A DNA stretch of 64,000 nucleotides from Planctomycetota bacterium (GTDB lineage Bacteria > Planctomycetota > UBA11346). Positions 45,466 to 55,445 of the stretch are shown here, piece by piece. The translations under genes and the position numbers were made by a program. A model generated the notes under the pieces. That model made no database searches and was not told where the DNA came from. It saw only the letters and a program-made list of their open reading frames with translations. The DNA lies in assembly GCA_038318565.1 (NCBI GenBank), contig JBBQCI010000006.1, forward strand, positions 6,792 to 70,791, read 5' to 3'. Numbering within the stretch: the stretch's first letter is position 1; every line of letters begins with the position of its first letter.

Positions 45466-46164
45466 ATGATGCTTCCGTACTCCCCGTCCACCGTCGCCGA
45501 GGCGATATTGGCTCTGCTTGATGTGGCCGCCGCCGAACGTGGCCGAGCGACCCTCGCCATACCCGGTGGCCGTTCGCCTGGGCCGGTACTGACGCACCTG
45601 GCCCGGATCTGCGATCCATTTGTGCGCAGTCGGCTGAGTCTGCTGTGGCTCGATGAACGTGCTGTGCCGATCGGTCATGCCGATCGCAACGACGCCACCA
45701 CCTTGGCGGCCTGGGACGTCGGCGGTCCCCGTCCGGCCGCAGTATTGGCGATGCCGGCCGAGCAGACTGACCTCGACAGCGCGGCCGAGCACTATGCGGA
45801 CCAACTCAAGCACGCGACGGAGGACGGCATCCTCGATGTCTGCCTGATCGGCCTGGGCGAGGATGGCCATCTCGCCAGCCTGTTCCCCCGGCATGACGGA
45901 TTACGCGAACTATCTGACTGCTTTGCGGTCGTCGACTCGCCCAAGCCGCCTGCGCGTCGATTGACGTTGTCGTTGCCGGTCATTTCGCGCGCACGAGCCC
46001 GGCTGGTGCTAGGCTTGGGTGCGGCCAAAGCGTGGACCCACGTGGCCTGGCGGAACAGCCCGGATCCATTCTGTCCGGCCAGCCTCTTGCCCAAGTCCGG
46101 GACCTATTGGTACCTGGATGATGCCGCAGCGGCCTCAATCAACGGTGAGACACCGCCTGGATGA
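45466..46164 (+). CDS. pgl: 6-phosphogluconolactonase
   Basis: AIPGGRSP, WLDER and GLGEDGHLASLFP motifs of the 6PGL/NagB family. Confidence 0.85.
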   Translation: MMLPYSPSTVAEAILALLDVAAAERGRATLAIPGGRSPGPVLTHLARICDPFVRSRLSLLWLDERAVPIGHADRNDATTLAAWDVGGPRPAAVLAMPAEQTDLDSAAEHYADQLKHATEDGILDVCLIGLGEDGHLASLFPRHDGLRELSDCFAVVDSPKPPARRLTLSLPVISRARARLVLGLGAAKAWTHVAWRNSPDPFCPASLLPKSGTYWYLDDAAAASINGETPPG

Positions 46165-46216
46165 GGAATCCTGAAGCGTATTGGCGCAGCCCGCCGCGTG
46201 CCTAGCGTCCGCGGCC

Positions 46217-49200
46217 ATGAGCCGCGTCACCAATCCCCTGCCCCAGCTGACCATCGACCGCCTGCGCAAGGCCCTTGGCGATTTCCGCGCGCGTGCGCCG
46301 TGGGTGGTGCGCAGCGCCGATCTGGCGGTCGAGGCCGCCCCGGTCGCCAGTCTGCTACGCGAGCATGCCTCCCCGGCCCAGGCCCAGCGCCTCGCCTACA
46401 AGTCGCTGAAGCCTGGCAGCGTGTTCGGCCCACCGAAGGGGGATTGGCATCAGCGCTGGTGCCGGGTGCGTATCCCGGCGGTGCAGCCCGGCGAGCGGGG
46501 CAGGCGTTTCATCGAGTGGCGCTGCCAGGGCGAGGCCACCGCCTTCCTCGACGGCGAACCGTGGGCGGGGCTCGACAGTGCGCATCCGGTCATGCCGCTG
46601 CCCGACCGCGCCTGCACCCTGCATATCGATATCGGCCTCTATCCCACTGGCGGCATCTGGGTGCCAAACCACCGCAATATCGACGAGTTCGGAGCGCGTT
46701 TCGATGCGTGCAAGCTGATTGTCCGCGACGATCGCGTGTGGGGGATGCAATTCGATCTCGAGATCCTCGAACAGGCCATCACCATGCGCCTGACGGAAGC
46801 ACGGCTGATCCCGCCCTGGATCGGCTTCCACCCACCGCTCGAGAAGCTGGATCCGTTGACCCGCCTGCTGCTCGCCGGTGCCGAGGAGTTGTGTGACGCC
46901 TGTGGGGCCGGTGAAAAGGCGCTCGCCGCCGCCGTGCCCACGGTCATGGGACGTTTCCCCGCCGAGACATGGCAGCCGACCGCCATGCTGCTTGGCCACG
47001 CCCATATCGATCTGGTGTGGCTGTGGCCCGAGATCGTCACCCGGCGCAAGGGCCAGCACACTGCCGCTTCGACCCTGCGCCTGATGGAACGCTGGCCGGA
47101 ATTCACCTTCCTGATGAGCCAGCCGGCGCTCTATCGCATGCTGGAAACCGATTCGCCCGCGCAGGGCAAGGCGATCCGCAAGCGCATCGCCGAAGGCCGC
47201 TGGGAGGCGACCGGCGCGTTCGAAGTTGAGCCGGACAACCACCTACCCTGCGGCGAGGCGCTGGCGCGCAGTCTCTTGATCGGCCAGGAGAAGTTCCGCG
47301 AACTGCGCGGCGAGCCGAGCACAGTATGCTGGATCCCCGACGTGTTCGGCTACAGCGCAGCCCTGCCGCAGATCCTGCGCCTCGGCGGCATCGAGCACTT
47401 CTACACCACCAAGATGAGTTGGAGCGCGGTGACCAAGTTCCCGTACACCAGCTTTGTCTGGCGTGGCGCGGATGGCAGCGAGGTGCTCACCCATCTGACC
47501 ACTTCGCCAGCAGGCTATAATGGCAACGCCAGCGTCAGCGAGATCACCGAGATGATTCGCGAACATCGCCAGGCTGACGTCCACCCCGAGATGATCCAGC
47601 CGGTCGGCTTTGGCGACGGCGGTGGCGGCACGACGGAAGAGATGCTGGGACGGGCCAGACGCCTCGCCTCGCTCGCGGGAACGCCAAAGGCTGCGTGGGG
47701 TACTGCGGAGGCCTTCTTCGACCGCATGGAACAGGTTCGGGCCAAGCTGCCGGTCTATCAGGGCGAGTTGTACCTCGAATACCACCGTGGCACCTATACT
47801 ACCCAGAGCGACTTCAAGGCCTCTTTCCGCGCGCTCGAACGCGCCCTGCAAGTTCGCGAGGCGGTACGCGCTGCCCTGCGTGCCGACCCGATCGGCGAGA
47901 CCAGTTGGCGCCGTCTGTGCTTTGCGCAATTCCATGACGCCATCCCCGGCAGCTCGATCGGTCTGGTCTACGAACAGCTAGGCGGCGAATTGGAAGCCCG
48001 GGTCGACGACGAGTCGGCCATCGCTGAGCGTGAATTAGCCGCCAGTGGCCAGAATCCCGGCTATCTCGCCTTCAACCCGCTGCCCTTGGCCAGACGTGCG
48101 GTGGTCGAGCTTCCGGCATTCGCTGCCGGGGTGCAGACTCCGGACGGTCTGTCATTACCGGTCCAGTCGATCGGGGCCGGTCGCACCCGGCGCACCCTGA
48201 CGGTGGTTGACTTGCCGGCCCTCGGTTCGGAACGGCTGCTGCCCCAAGTGACACCTAGCGCTTCTGGCAGTGTGCAGCCGATCGCCGAGGCGACGACGCG
48301 GGTACTCGACAACGGGGTACTGCGTGCCGAATTCGACCGCGCGGGACGACTGGTCCGTCTGATCGTGGACGGCGTGGAGATGCTGCTCGATGCTCCTGCA
48401 GGCCTTGCCCTGTATCGCGACCTGCCAGCGAACTTCGATGCCTGGGACATCGACCACGACGCTCTGCGCAAGCCGCTGCAGGGTCAGCCGGCCATGCGTC
48501 TGGAACTGGCCGAGAACGGGCCGGTGCGGGCGGTTCTGCGTGGCTCGGCGGCGATCGGCGAACATTCGCGCATCATCATGAACTGGACGATCGAGGCGGG
48601 CAGCCCGTGGCTACAGGTCACGGTCGAGGCCGACTGGCGCGAAGACCACCGTCTGCTGAAGTTTCACTGTCCGACCGGTTATCGCGGACGTCAGGCCCGC
48701 TTCGGCTGCCCGTTCGGCTCGGTCACCCGGCCGCAGTTGCCAGGCATCGCCCAGGACGAAGCACAATGGGAGGTCCCCGGCAGTCGTTGGGCTGCCGCCA
48801 CCGATGACGATGGCAGCGGCCTGGCCATGGTCAGCGAAGCCAAGTACGGATTCAGCTGCCGTGATGGCGATCTGGCACTGTCCTTGCTGCGTGCCCCCAC
48901 CGATCCGGACCCGAAGGCCGATCGCGGCGAACATGCGATGCGTTTTGCGATCGGTTTGCATCGCGACCGTTCGACGTCGGAACGCCCGGCCACGGCGGCC
49001 TGCGCAGACCTGCTGTTCACTCCGCCGCTCGTCGTAGCCGGCGGTGAAATGGCCCAACCGCTGTTCGCATTCGACCGTCTCGGCTCGCTGGTGCCGTCGT
49101 GGGTGCGTCCGCTTGAGGCGGGTGGATTCGAGCTGCGCCTCCATGAGGTTGCCGGATCGCGTGGCGAAGCGCATCTGGTCCTGCCGAATACGGCTGCCAT

Positions 49201-49321
49201 CGTCGCCAGCACTGATTTCCTGGGACGACTCCTCCCTGGCGGGCAACCCCAGCGGGCCGACCCACGGACCTGGCGAATCGCCTACCGGCCCTACCAGGTC
49301 ATCACTCTGCAGGTCAGCTGA
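46217..49321 (+). CDS. glycoside hydrolase family 38 alpha-mannosidase
   Basis: GH38 N-domain metal-site motif GHAHIDLVWLWP, WIPDVFGYS and QFHD. At about 1030 aa the length is typical of bacterial GH38 enzymes. I chose the ATG at 46217 over the TTG at 46181. Confidence 0.85.
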   Translation: MSRVTNPLPQLTIDRLRKALGDFRARAPWVVRSADLAVEAAPVASLLREHASPAQAQRLAYKSLKPGSVFGPPKGDWHQRWCRVRIPAVQPGERGRRFIEWRCQGEATAFLDGEPWAGLDSAHPVMPLPDRACTLHIDIGLYPTGGIWVPNHRNIDEFGARFDACKLIVRDDRVWGMQFDLEILEQAITMRLTEARLIPPWIGFHPPLEKLDPLTRLLLAGAEELCDACGAGEKALAAAVPTVMGRFPAETWQPTAMLLGHAHIDLVWLWPEIVTRRKGQHTAASTLRLMERWPEFTFLMSQPALYRMLETDSPAQGKAIRKRIAEGRWEATGAFEVEPDNHLPCGEALARSLLIGQEKFRELRGEPSTVCWIPDVFGYSAALPQILRLGGIEHFYTTKMSWSAVTKFPYTSFVWRGADGSEVLTHLTTSPAGYNGNASVSEITEMIREHRQADVHPEMIQPVGFGDGGGGTTEEMLGRARRLASLAGTPKAAWGTAEAFFDRMEQVRAKLPVYQGELYLEYHRGTYTTQSDFKASFRALERALQVREAVRAALRADPIGETSWRRLCFAQFHDAIPGSSIGLVYEQLGGELEARVDDESAIAERELAASGQNPGYLAFNPLPLARRAVVELPAFAAGVQTPDGLSLPVQSIGAGRTRRTLTVVDLPALGSERLLPQVTPSASGSVQPIAEATTRVLDNGVLRAEFDRAGRLVRLIVDGVEMLLDAPAGLALYRDLPANFDAWDIDHDALRKPLQGQPAMRLELAENGPVRAVLRGSAAIGEHSRIIMNWTIEAGSPWLQVTVEADWREDHRLLKFHCPTGYRGRQARFGCPFGSVTRPQLPGIAQDEAQWEVPGSRWAAATDDDGSGLAMVSEAKYGFSCRDGDLALSLLRAPTDPDPKADRGEHAMRFAIGLHRDRSTSERPATAACADLLFTPPLVVAGGEMAQPLFAFDRLGSLVPSWVRPLEAGGFELRLHEVAGSRGEAHLVLPNTAAIVASTDFLGRLLPGGQPQRADPRTWRIAYRPYQVITLQVS

Positions 49322-49840
49322 GTGGACGATCCGCGCGGAGACGCTGAACTGATCGCCGACGCCCGCTCTGGCGACCATGCCTCCTGGACCATCTTGATGC
49401 GTCGGCATGCGCCGCGGCTGGCCGCCTATCTCGGGGCCAGGCTGCGTCGTCCCGATGTGGTTGAGGGTTTGGTCGGCGAATCCGTCGTCGCAGCCTGGTT
49501 GCACCTGCCGGAATTGGATGATCCAGCCGGATTCAGCGCCTTTTTTCGGCGCACCGGGGCGGGCTTGGCGATGCGCTGGGCGCGCGAGCATCCTGACGAG
49601 TCGCTTGATTCCAGCCTGTCTACGGCCCGGCTGGGCACTGCCGACCCGCATGGCATCGAGCGTCTGGATCGTCTGATCGGCAGTCTTGAGGAGACCCGGC
49701 GCATGGCGGTGGAGCTGCGCTGGCGGGGGGGGCTGACCGGGTCTGAGTTAGCTGCGGCGCTGAGAACCACGCCAGAAGCAGCCGAAAAGCTAGCGAACGA
49801 GGCCGAATCCACCCTGCTTGCCAAGTGGGACGCCGAATGA
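49322..49840 (+). CDS. ECF-type sigma-70 family factor (divergent)
   Basis: Region-2-like LIADARSGDHASWTILMRRHAPRLAAYL...D.VEGLVGES and region-4-like RRMAVELRWRGGLTGSELAAAL. GTG start directly after the mannosidase stop. Confidence 0.6.
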   Translation: MDDPRGDAELIADARSGDHASWTILMRRHAPRLAAYLGARLRRPDVVEGLVGESVVAAWLHLPELDDPAGFSAFFRRTGAGLAMRWAREHPDESLDSSLSTARLGTADPHGIERLDRLIGSLEETRRMAVELRWRGGLTGSELAAALRTTPEAAEKLANEAESTLLAKWDAE

Positions 49841-49964
49841 CCTTCCTAGTCACTGCCGGCCACTGGACCTTTGACACCGCAAATCCGGTCCCCTATGTTC
49901 TGTGTCGTCGGGATGTCTGCGTGCCGTCGGTACGCACCTCCAGAAGTCGCTCCGGGAAAGAACG

Positions 49965-50669
49965 ATGATCCTCATCAACCTCCTGCCGCCAGAACTGCGC
50001 CGGGCTCGCCGATCTGGGGTTAACCCGGTCATCTTGGCAGCCGCGGCCGGCATCATCCTTGTGCTCGGCATGTCCGGCACGTGGGCCTGGATCGAGTTCG
50101 GACGCATCCGTGCTGCCGAGATCCTCTTGGTCCAGAAAGAGGCGGAACTGGTAGAAGCCACCGCCAAGGCAGACAAGGTGCGAGCCATCGATACTCAGAT
50201 CGCCGAGTACGAGAAACTCCACTCGACCATCACCCGTCTGATCACCAGCAAGGTGTTTTGGGCCCGTACCCTGGATGACTTCGCCCACATGCTCGCCCAG
50301 ACCTCGGACAACCGCTGGACCCGCGAGGGCTACGAGGTGCGCTGCACCTCGCTGACCATTGCTCCCGGAGCAGCCGCCCAGGCGGTGCGTGGTGCCAAGG
50401 GTCCCGAATCAGTGTCCTTCTCGTTTCGAGCGAGCTTTAAAATCATGGGTGAACAGCGAGACCAGGCCGGCGACTACGTCCAGTCCTTCTTTCAGTCAGT
50501 CGATATGAGCCGCTTCTGGCGTGAACACGGTTTCGTTGGCCGTTCCGAGGAGCCGTTCAAGGGCGACTCGCCGCGGACGATCGCCGACATCAACCGCACG
50601 GCCACCGACTTGCCGCTGGAGTGGCGTCGCACCAAGGTCATGACGGCTCCTCAGGGGGTCCAGCGGTGA
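49965..50669 (+). CDS. pilN: PilN-like type IV pilus/secretion alignment protein
   Basis: The hallmark N-terminus MILINLLPPELRR, then a TM segment, a coiled coil and a ferredoxin-like C-domain. Start chosen at 49965. Confidence 0.75.
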   Translation: MILINLLPPELRRARRSGVNPVILAAAAGIILVLGMSGTWAWIEFGRIRAAEILLVQKEAELVEATAKADKVRAIDTQIAEYEKLHSTITRLITSKVFWARTLDDFAHMLAQTSDNRWTREGYEVRCTSLTIAPGAAAQAVRGAKGPESVSFSFRASFKIMGEQRDQAGDYVQSFFQSVDMSRFWREHGFVGRSEEPFKGDSPRTIADINRTATDLPLEWRRTKVMTAPQGVQR

Positions 50670-51352
50670 ACTTCGACGTGCTCAAAAAGCTGGAAAAGAA
50701 GCATTGGCTGATCATCATCGCCTCGGTGACGCTGATCCTCTGCGGGACGATCGGCTACTTCCTTGCCGGCAGCCTGCATCGCCTGGGCCAGGATGAGGGC
50801 GTACCCTCGATCATCCGGGCGGCCGGCGATGACCAGTCTCTCTACGCCCAGATCGCGGCCCGCGAGTCCGCGATCGCTGAGCAGAACCTGGTGTATGCCA
50901 AGCTGAAAGAGCGGACCGATCTGCTCAGCGGCATGAAGGCCGACATCGCCGCCGCGCGCAAGCGTTTGCCGACCGAAGCTCAGAAGGCCGAGGTCCGCCA
51001 GCTGATCGAGGATCTGGCCCGTCAGGTTGGTAGTTCGTCAGGAGCATTGGTGGTCAGATCCGTAGCCATCCGTGAGGCGGCAGCTGCTGCAGGCGGGCGC
51101 GGTTCTGTCGCCGACTACAAGACGATCGAATACCAGACCCAGGTCTCAGCGGATCTCGATGGCGTCATCCAGTTCATCAACCTGATCGAACGGAATGAGC
51201 GCTTCATGACCGTCGAAGGCATCCAGCTGAGTTCTGGTGGGGTGGCGACCGACCTGGCCAGCGGCAAGATCGAAGGCCAGCCGCACAGTGTGACCTTGCG
51301 CATCGTCACCTACATCGATTCGACAGCTGCTGCCAGCGGGCGGAGGAACTAG
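50666..51352 (+). CDS. pilO: PilO-like protein
   Basis: GTG at 50666 overlapping the pilN stop (GTGA). TM WLIIIASVTLILCGTIGYFLAG, a coiled coil and a C-terminal LDGVIQFINLIERNERFMTVEGIQL pattern. Confidence 0.65.
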   Translation: MNFDVLKKLEKKHWLIIIASVTLILCGTIGYFLAGSLHRLGQDEGVPSIIRAAGDDQSLYAQIAARESAIAEQNLVYAKLKERTDLLSGMKADIAAARKRLPTEAQKAEVRQLIEDLARQVGSSSGALVVRSVAIREAAAAAGGRGSVADYKTIEYQTQVSADLDGVIQFINLIERNERFMTVEGIQLSSGGVATDLASGKIEGQPHSVTLRIVTYIDSTAAASGRRN

Positions 51353-51354
51353 CC

Positions 51355-52119
51355 GTGCGCATCACCGCCATGATCCTCGCCATCGCCCTGGCTGCGCCCC
51401 TGTATGCAGGAGAAGCCGGGCCGGAGGCTGCCAAGCAGCAGGATTCCGCCAAGCCAGTCGCCAAGCCAGTCGCCAAGGCCCCGGCCAAGAAGCTGACTGC
51501 CATGGAACTGGTCGCCGAAGAGGAACGCTGGGTGTTCCGGCCGTCGATAGGCCGGCCTGACGTGTTCATCGATCTCGAGGCCCTTCTGGTGGCCCAAAAA
51601 GCAGCGAAAACCCAAGCGGCAGAAATCAAGCGCAATGCAGTCACCGGCAAGGCTGGCGATCAGCCGACCGGCACCGACATCGAACAACTGGTCGCCTGGG
51701 CCAAAGAGGAAGATGCCCGAGTGCGCCAGCTAGTGGCTGGACGCAAGTACGAGGAAGCGATGAAGGCGGCGGATGCTGCCTTGAAATCCCTCGAACCGCA
51801 CCTGGTCCGTCCCGATGTCGCTGCCGTCATAGTCAGCATCCGCACCTACCGTGCTCAAGCCGAAGAAGCCAAGATTCGCGATGATGCTCAAGCGGCTTTC
51901 GAGGCGTTGAAAATCCGCATCCTTGGCGTTCTGTGGTCCCAGGACGGCATGCGCATGGCCATTGTTGACGGCGAGAACCGCGCCCTGACGGTCAACGACC
52001 GGGTCAAGGACTGCGCCGTCATCAACATCGATCAGGACCGCGTCGATTTCCGCTTCGTGTTTGGTCGTCGTCGATTCGAGTTCCCGGTCTACGTTGACCA
52101 ATCCCGTTCCACTCCCTGA
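51355..52119 (+). CDS. PilP/GspC-HR-like periplasmic protein
   Basis: Signal peptide and a KPVAKPVAK repeat. The C-terminal beta-domain ILGVLWSQDGMRMAIVDGENRALTVNDRVKDCAVINIDQDRVDF resembles secretin-binding PilP/HR domains. GTG start. Confidence 0.5.
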   Translation: MRITAMILAIALAAPLYAGEAGPEAAKQQDSAKPVAKPVAKAPAKKLTAMELVAEEERWVFRPSIGRPDVFIDLEALLVAQKAAKTQAAEIKRNAVTGKAGDQPTGTDIEQLVAWAKEEDARVRQLVAGRKYEEAMKAADAALKSLEPHLVRPDVAAVIVSIRTYRAQAEEAKIRDDAQAAFEALKIRILGVLWSQDGMRMAIVDGENRALTVNDRVKDCAVINIDQDRVDFRFVFGRRRFEFPVYVDQSRSTP

Positions 52120-52139
52120 TCCGCCCACGAGACATCCCC

Positions 52140-53774
52140 ATGCGTCTGTGTAGCCTCGCGATTCCCAGCTTGGTCATCCTCGCCCTTGGCCTGCCCGCCC
52201 AGGCCGTGGCTGGCGATGCCCCGGCACCGGTCCAGGTCGCCGAGACGGTGACCATCGAGACGAGCGACAAGCCGCTCGAAACGGTCCTGCAATGGATCAG
52301 CCGCCGTGCTGGCGTGAACGTGGTCTGCTATGAGCAAGACCAGCCACGGGTGACGGTCCGCCTTGCCAACGTTACGTGGCAGGAAGCTGTCGACAGTATC
52401 GCCGCCAAGTATGATCTGGTGGTCGAGAAGAAGAGCCCCCGGGTGTGGGTGCTGACCCGTCCGCCCAAGGTCTCGATGAGCTTCCAGGACGCCAGCCTTC
52501 CGGTGGTGCTGGAAGCGATCGCCCGTGCCGCCGACGTCAACATCATCATGTCGGGCGAAGTCGCCAGCGGCGGTAAGCGCCTCAGCATGACTCTGCGCGG
52601 GGTGCCCTGGCGCTATGCCCTCGACGTGGTGGTGAAGACCGTCGACCTCGCTTGGGTCGAGCAGGAATACAACATCATTCGCATCGTCAGCCGTGACTCG
52701 CTTCAAAAGGATCTAAAGACCAAGGTCGTCGATGTCAGCTATCGCGATGCCAAGTCCTTCGGCGAGAAACTGAAAGCCGTGCTCAAGGATGTCAGTGTCG
52801 ATGTCGTCGACGGGTCGAACAGCCTGATTCTGACAGGCACTCCACCAGCCTTGGAAAGCGCCCAGCGCCTGATCGACCAGCTCGATCAGCGTACGCGCCA
52901 GGTGCTGATCGAAATGAAGTTCGTCGATTTCTCGACCACCGACGTACAGGGACTAGGATTTGATCCGATCAATCTGAACTTTGACATCGAGAATCTTGGC
53001 AATGTAAGGCAGGCCTTCACCCCGTTTGGAACTGCGGCGACGACCTCTACGGTTATCAACCGAATCGGCGCGGGGCCCACCAGCAGCCGGCTGAATACGG
53101 CAGGACTGACCTTCGAAGCGATCGCTTCGCTGAATTCGACCGATATCCTGCAGTCGCCGCAGATCCTTACCGTCGATGGCCAGGAGGCTAAGATTAATAT
53201 TGGCCGCGAGATCCGCTTTGCGGAATCGCAGCAGACGACTAACGACAATGGGCCACCGACCACTACCTTGAAGGAAGCTGCCTCCAGCCCCGTCAAGGAT
53301 GGTATCAACGTGCTGGTCACACCGACCATCACCGCGGATGGTTTCGTGCGCATCAAGCTGTTGGCCACCAACGATGAGGCCGAATTACGCCGCTACACCT
53401 CAGGTGAAGGCTTGAATGCGGCTTCGATCGAACTGCCGAACAAGAACACCACCAGCGTCGAAAACACCATCATGGTGGCCGACGGACGTACGGCGGTGAT
53501 CGGCGGCCTGCTCAAGGACAAGGACCAGAAGCAGAACGGCCACGTGCCGGGCCTTGGCGGCCTGCCGGTGCTGGGCTTCTTCTTCCGCAAAGAGCGTCAG
53601 ACCGTCGAGAAGCGCAACCTCACCATCTTCATCACCCCGCGGATCATCCCGATGGGCAGGAAGACCGAATTCGACAAGTCGCTCGACGAGCTCAAGGCCA
53701 GCCTGTCGGGCATCCGTGAAGAGAAGCCGAAGTCCGAGCAGGTCGACGGCCAACCGGCGACCCTCGCCGAGTGA
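52140..53774 (+). CDS. pilQ: secretin (PilQ/GspD family)
   Basis: Signal peptide, two STN-like N-domains and N0/N1-like repeats. C-terminal secretin core with LQSPQILTVDGQEAKINIG and VPGLGGLPVLGFFFR...NLTIFITPRI. Confidence 0.88.
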   Translation: MRLCSLAIPSLVILALGLPAQAVAGDAPAPVQVAETVTIETSDKPLETVLQWISRRAGVNVVCYEQDQPRVTVRLANVTWQEAVDSIAAKYDLVVEKKSPRVWVLTRPPKVSMSFQDASLPVVLEAIARAADVNIIMSGEVASGGKRLSMTLRGVPWRYALDVVVKTVDLAWVEQEYNIIRIVSRDSLQKDLKTKVVDVSYRDAKSFGEKLKAVLKDVSVDVVDGSNSLILTGTPPALESAQRLIDQLDQRTRQVLIEMKFVDFSTTDVQGLGFDPINLNFDIENLGNVRQAFTPFGTAATTSTVINRIGAGPTSSRLNTAGLTFEAIASLNSTDILQSPQILTVDGQEAKINIGREIRFAESQQTTNDNGPPTTTLKEAASSPVKDGINVLVTPTITADGFVRIKLLATNDEAELRRYTSGEGLNAASIELPNKNTTSVENTIMVADGRTAVIGGLLKDKDQKQNGHVPGLGGLPVLGFFFRKERQTVEKRNLTIFITPRIIPMGRKTEFDKSLDELKASLSGIREEKPKSEQVDGQPATLAE

Positions 53775-53803
53775 TCGCTCGACTCGGCTGACATGTCCGA
53801 CAC

Positions 53804-53832
53804 GTTACGCCCCGCGCCCCGCGGGGCGTAAC
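53804..53832 (+). terminator. 13-bp perfect stem hairpin after secretin gene
   Basis: GTTACGCCCCGCG-ccc-CGCGGGGCGTAAC followed by GCTTT. It ends 5 nt before the prfC ATG. Confidence 0.55.
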
Positions 53833-53837
53833 GCTTT

Positions 53838-55445
53838 ATGGAACCAGCCCTCGACGCCATCCTCGCCCGTGAAACCGCCCGCAGGCGTACTTTTGCGATC
53901 ATCAGCCACCCGGACGCAGGTAAGACTACCCTGACCGAGAAGCTGCTGCTGTATTCCGGGCTGCTGCGCACCGCTGGCATGGTCAAGAACCGCAAGGGCG
54001 GCAAGCTGGCGACTTCCGACTGGATGTCGATGGAGCAGGAACGCGGCATCTCGATCACCTCGTCGGCGATGCAGTTTGAATACCGCGGCCATGTCATCAA
54101 CGTCCTCGATACGCCTGGGCACCAGGATTTCTCGGCCGACACCTACCGCACTCTTACTGCTGCCGACTGCGCGATCATGGTCCTGGATGCCGCCAAGGGC
54201 GTCGAGACCCAGACCCGCAAGCTGTTCGCGGTGTGCAAGTTGCGTGGCATCCCCGTGCTGACCTTCATCAACAAGCTCGACCTGCCCTCGCGCAGCCCGC
54301 TCGAACTGATGGCCGAGGTCGAGGAGGTGCTCGGTATCCAGGCCAGCGCGATCAACTGGCCAATTGGCAGCGGCCGTGAATTCATCGGCGTGGCTGACCG
54401 TCGCACCCGCGAACTGGCCCTGTTCCAGAAGACCTCGATCGGTGGTGCCCAGCGCGCCGCCATGCGCGTCATCCCGCTGGCCTCGGCCGAGGCCGAAGAA
54501 GCGATCCCAGCCGAGCAACGCAAGCAGCTCGCTGAGGATCTCGAAATGCTGGAAATCGCCGGCAATCCCTTCACCGTGGAAGCGTTCCTGGGCAGCCGGG
54601 TGACGCCGGTGTTCTTCGGCTCGGCGCTGACCAACTTCGGCATCGAGCCGTTCTTCGACGCGTTTGTCGAATTGGCCCCGCCGCCCAGTTCGCGCGAGGT
54701 GCTGACTACCGAGGGTAGCGAATCGCTCGACCCGGTGGCGGCACCGTTCTCGGCCTACGTGTTCAAGATCCAGGCCAACATGAACCCCAAACACCGCGAC
54801 CAGATGGCGTTCATCCGCATCTGCAGCGGCCGGTTCGAGCGCGACCTGGTGGTCAAGCATGTGCGTGGTGGTCAGGTGATACGGGAAGTCCGCCTATCAC
54901 GTCCCCAAACCCTGGTGGCCCGCGACCGGAATACCCTCGACGAGGCCTTCCCCGGGGACGTGGTCGGCCTGATCAATGCGGGTTTCGCGATCGGCGACAC
55001 CCTGGCGGTCAAGGCCGGGTTCGAACATCAGCCACTTCCGCAGTTTCCGCCCGAGCACTTCGCCCGCATCGAGCCGTCCGACCTGACCAAGCGCAAGGGC
55101 TTCGACAAGGGCATGGAGACCCTGGCTGGCGAGGGCGCTGTGCAGGTGCTGCGCAGCTACGACAACCCGATCGCCAACCCGTTCATCGCTGCGGTCGGCC
55201 GACTGCAGTTCGAAGTGCTGCAATACCGGCTGAAGGACGAGTGGAATGTCGAAACCAGCCTGTCGGCCCTGCCGTATGCGTGCAGCGGCTGGTTGCAGGG
55301 GGACATCGCGACCTTCACACCGACGCCTGGTTCCCAAGTCGCCAAGGATGCACGTGGCCGCATCGTGGTGCTGTTCCCCAGCGAATGGGACCGCCAATAC
55401 TGCCTGCGCCAAAACCCAGGACACCAGTTGCTGGACTTTGCATGA
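53838..55445 (+). CDS. prfC: peptide chain release factor 3
   Basis: RRTFAIISHPDAGKTTLTEKLLL, DTPGHQDF and NKLD. The 535-aa length and domain order match RF3. Confidence 0.92.
   Translation: MEPALDAILARETARRRTFAIISHPDAGKTTLTEKLLLYSGLLRTAGMVKNRKGGKLATSDWMSMEQERGISITSSAMQFEYRGHVINVLDTPGHQDFSADTYRTLTAADCAIMVLDAAKGVETQTRKLFAVCKLRGIPVLTFINKLDLPSRSPLELMAEVEEVLGIQASAINWPIGSGREFIGVADRRTRELALFQKTSIGGAQRAAMRVIPLASAEAEEAIPAEQRKQLAEDLEMLEIAGNPFTVEAFLGSRVTPVFFGSALTNFGIEPFFDAFVELAPPPSSREVLTTEGSESLDPVAAPFSAYVFKIQANMNPKHRDQMAFIRICSGRFERDLVVKHVRGGQVIREVRLSRPQTLVARDRNTLDEAFPGDVVGLINAGFAIGDTLAVKAGFEHQPLPQFPPEHFARIEPSDLTKRKGFDKGMETLAGEGAVQVLRSYDNPIANPFIAAVGRLQFEVLQYRLKDEWNVETSLSALPYACSGWLQGDIATFTPTPGSQVAKDARGRIVVLFPSEWDRQYCLRQNPGHQLLDFA

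Noticed and set aside
45277-45894. 395-aa version of the infC ORF starting at the ATG at 45894.
   Set aside because: The upstream about 200 aa are Arg/Gly-rich with no similarity to IF-3 and would overlap the divergent pgl gene. Only the last 189 aa, from the proposed TTG at 45276, fit a normal-length IF-3, and the conserved IF-3 motifs begin about 20 residues in.
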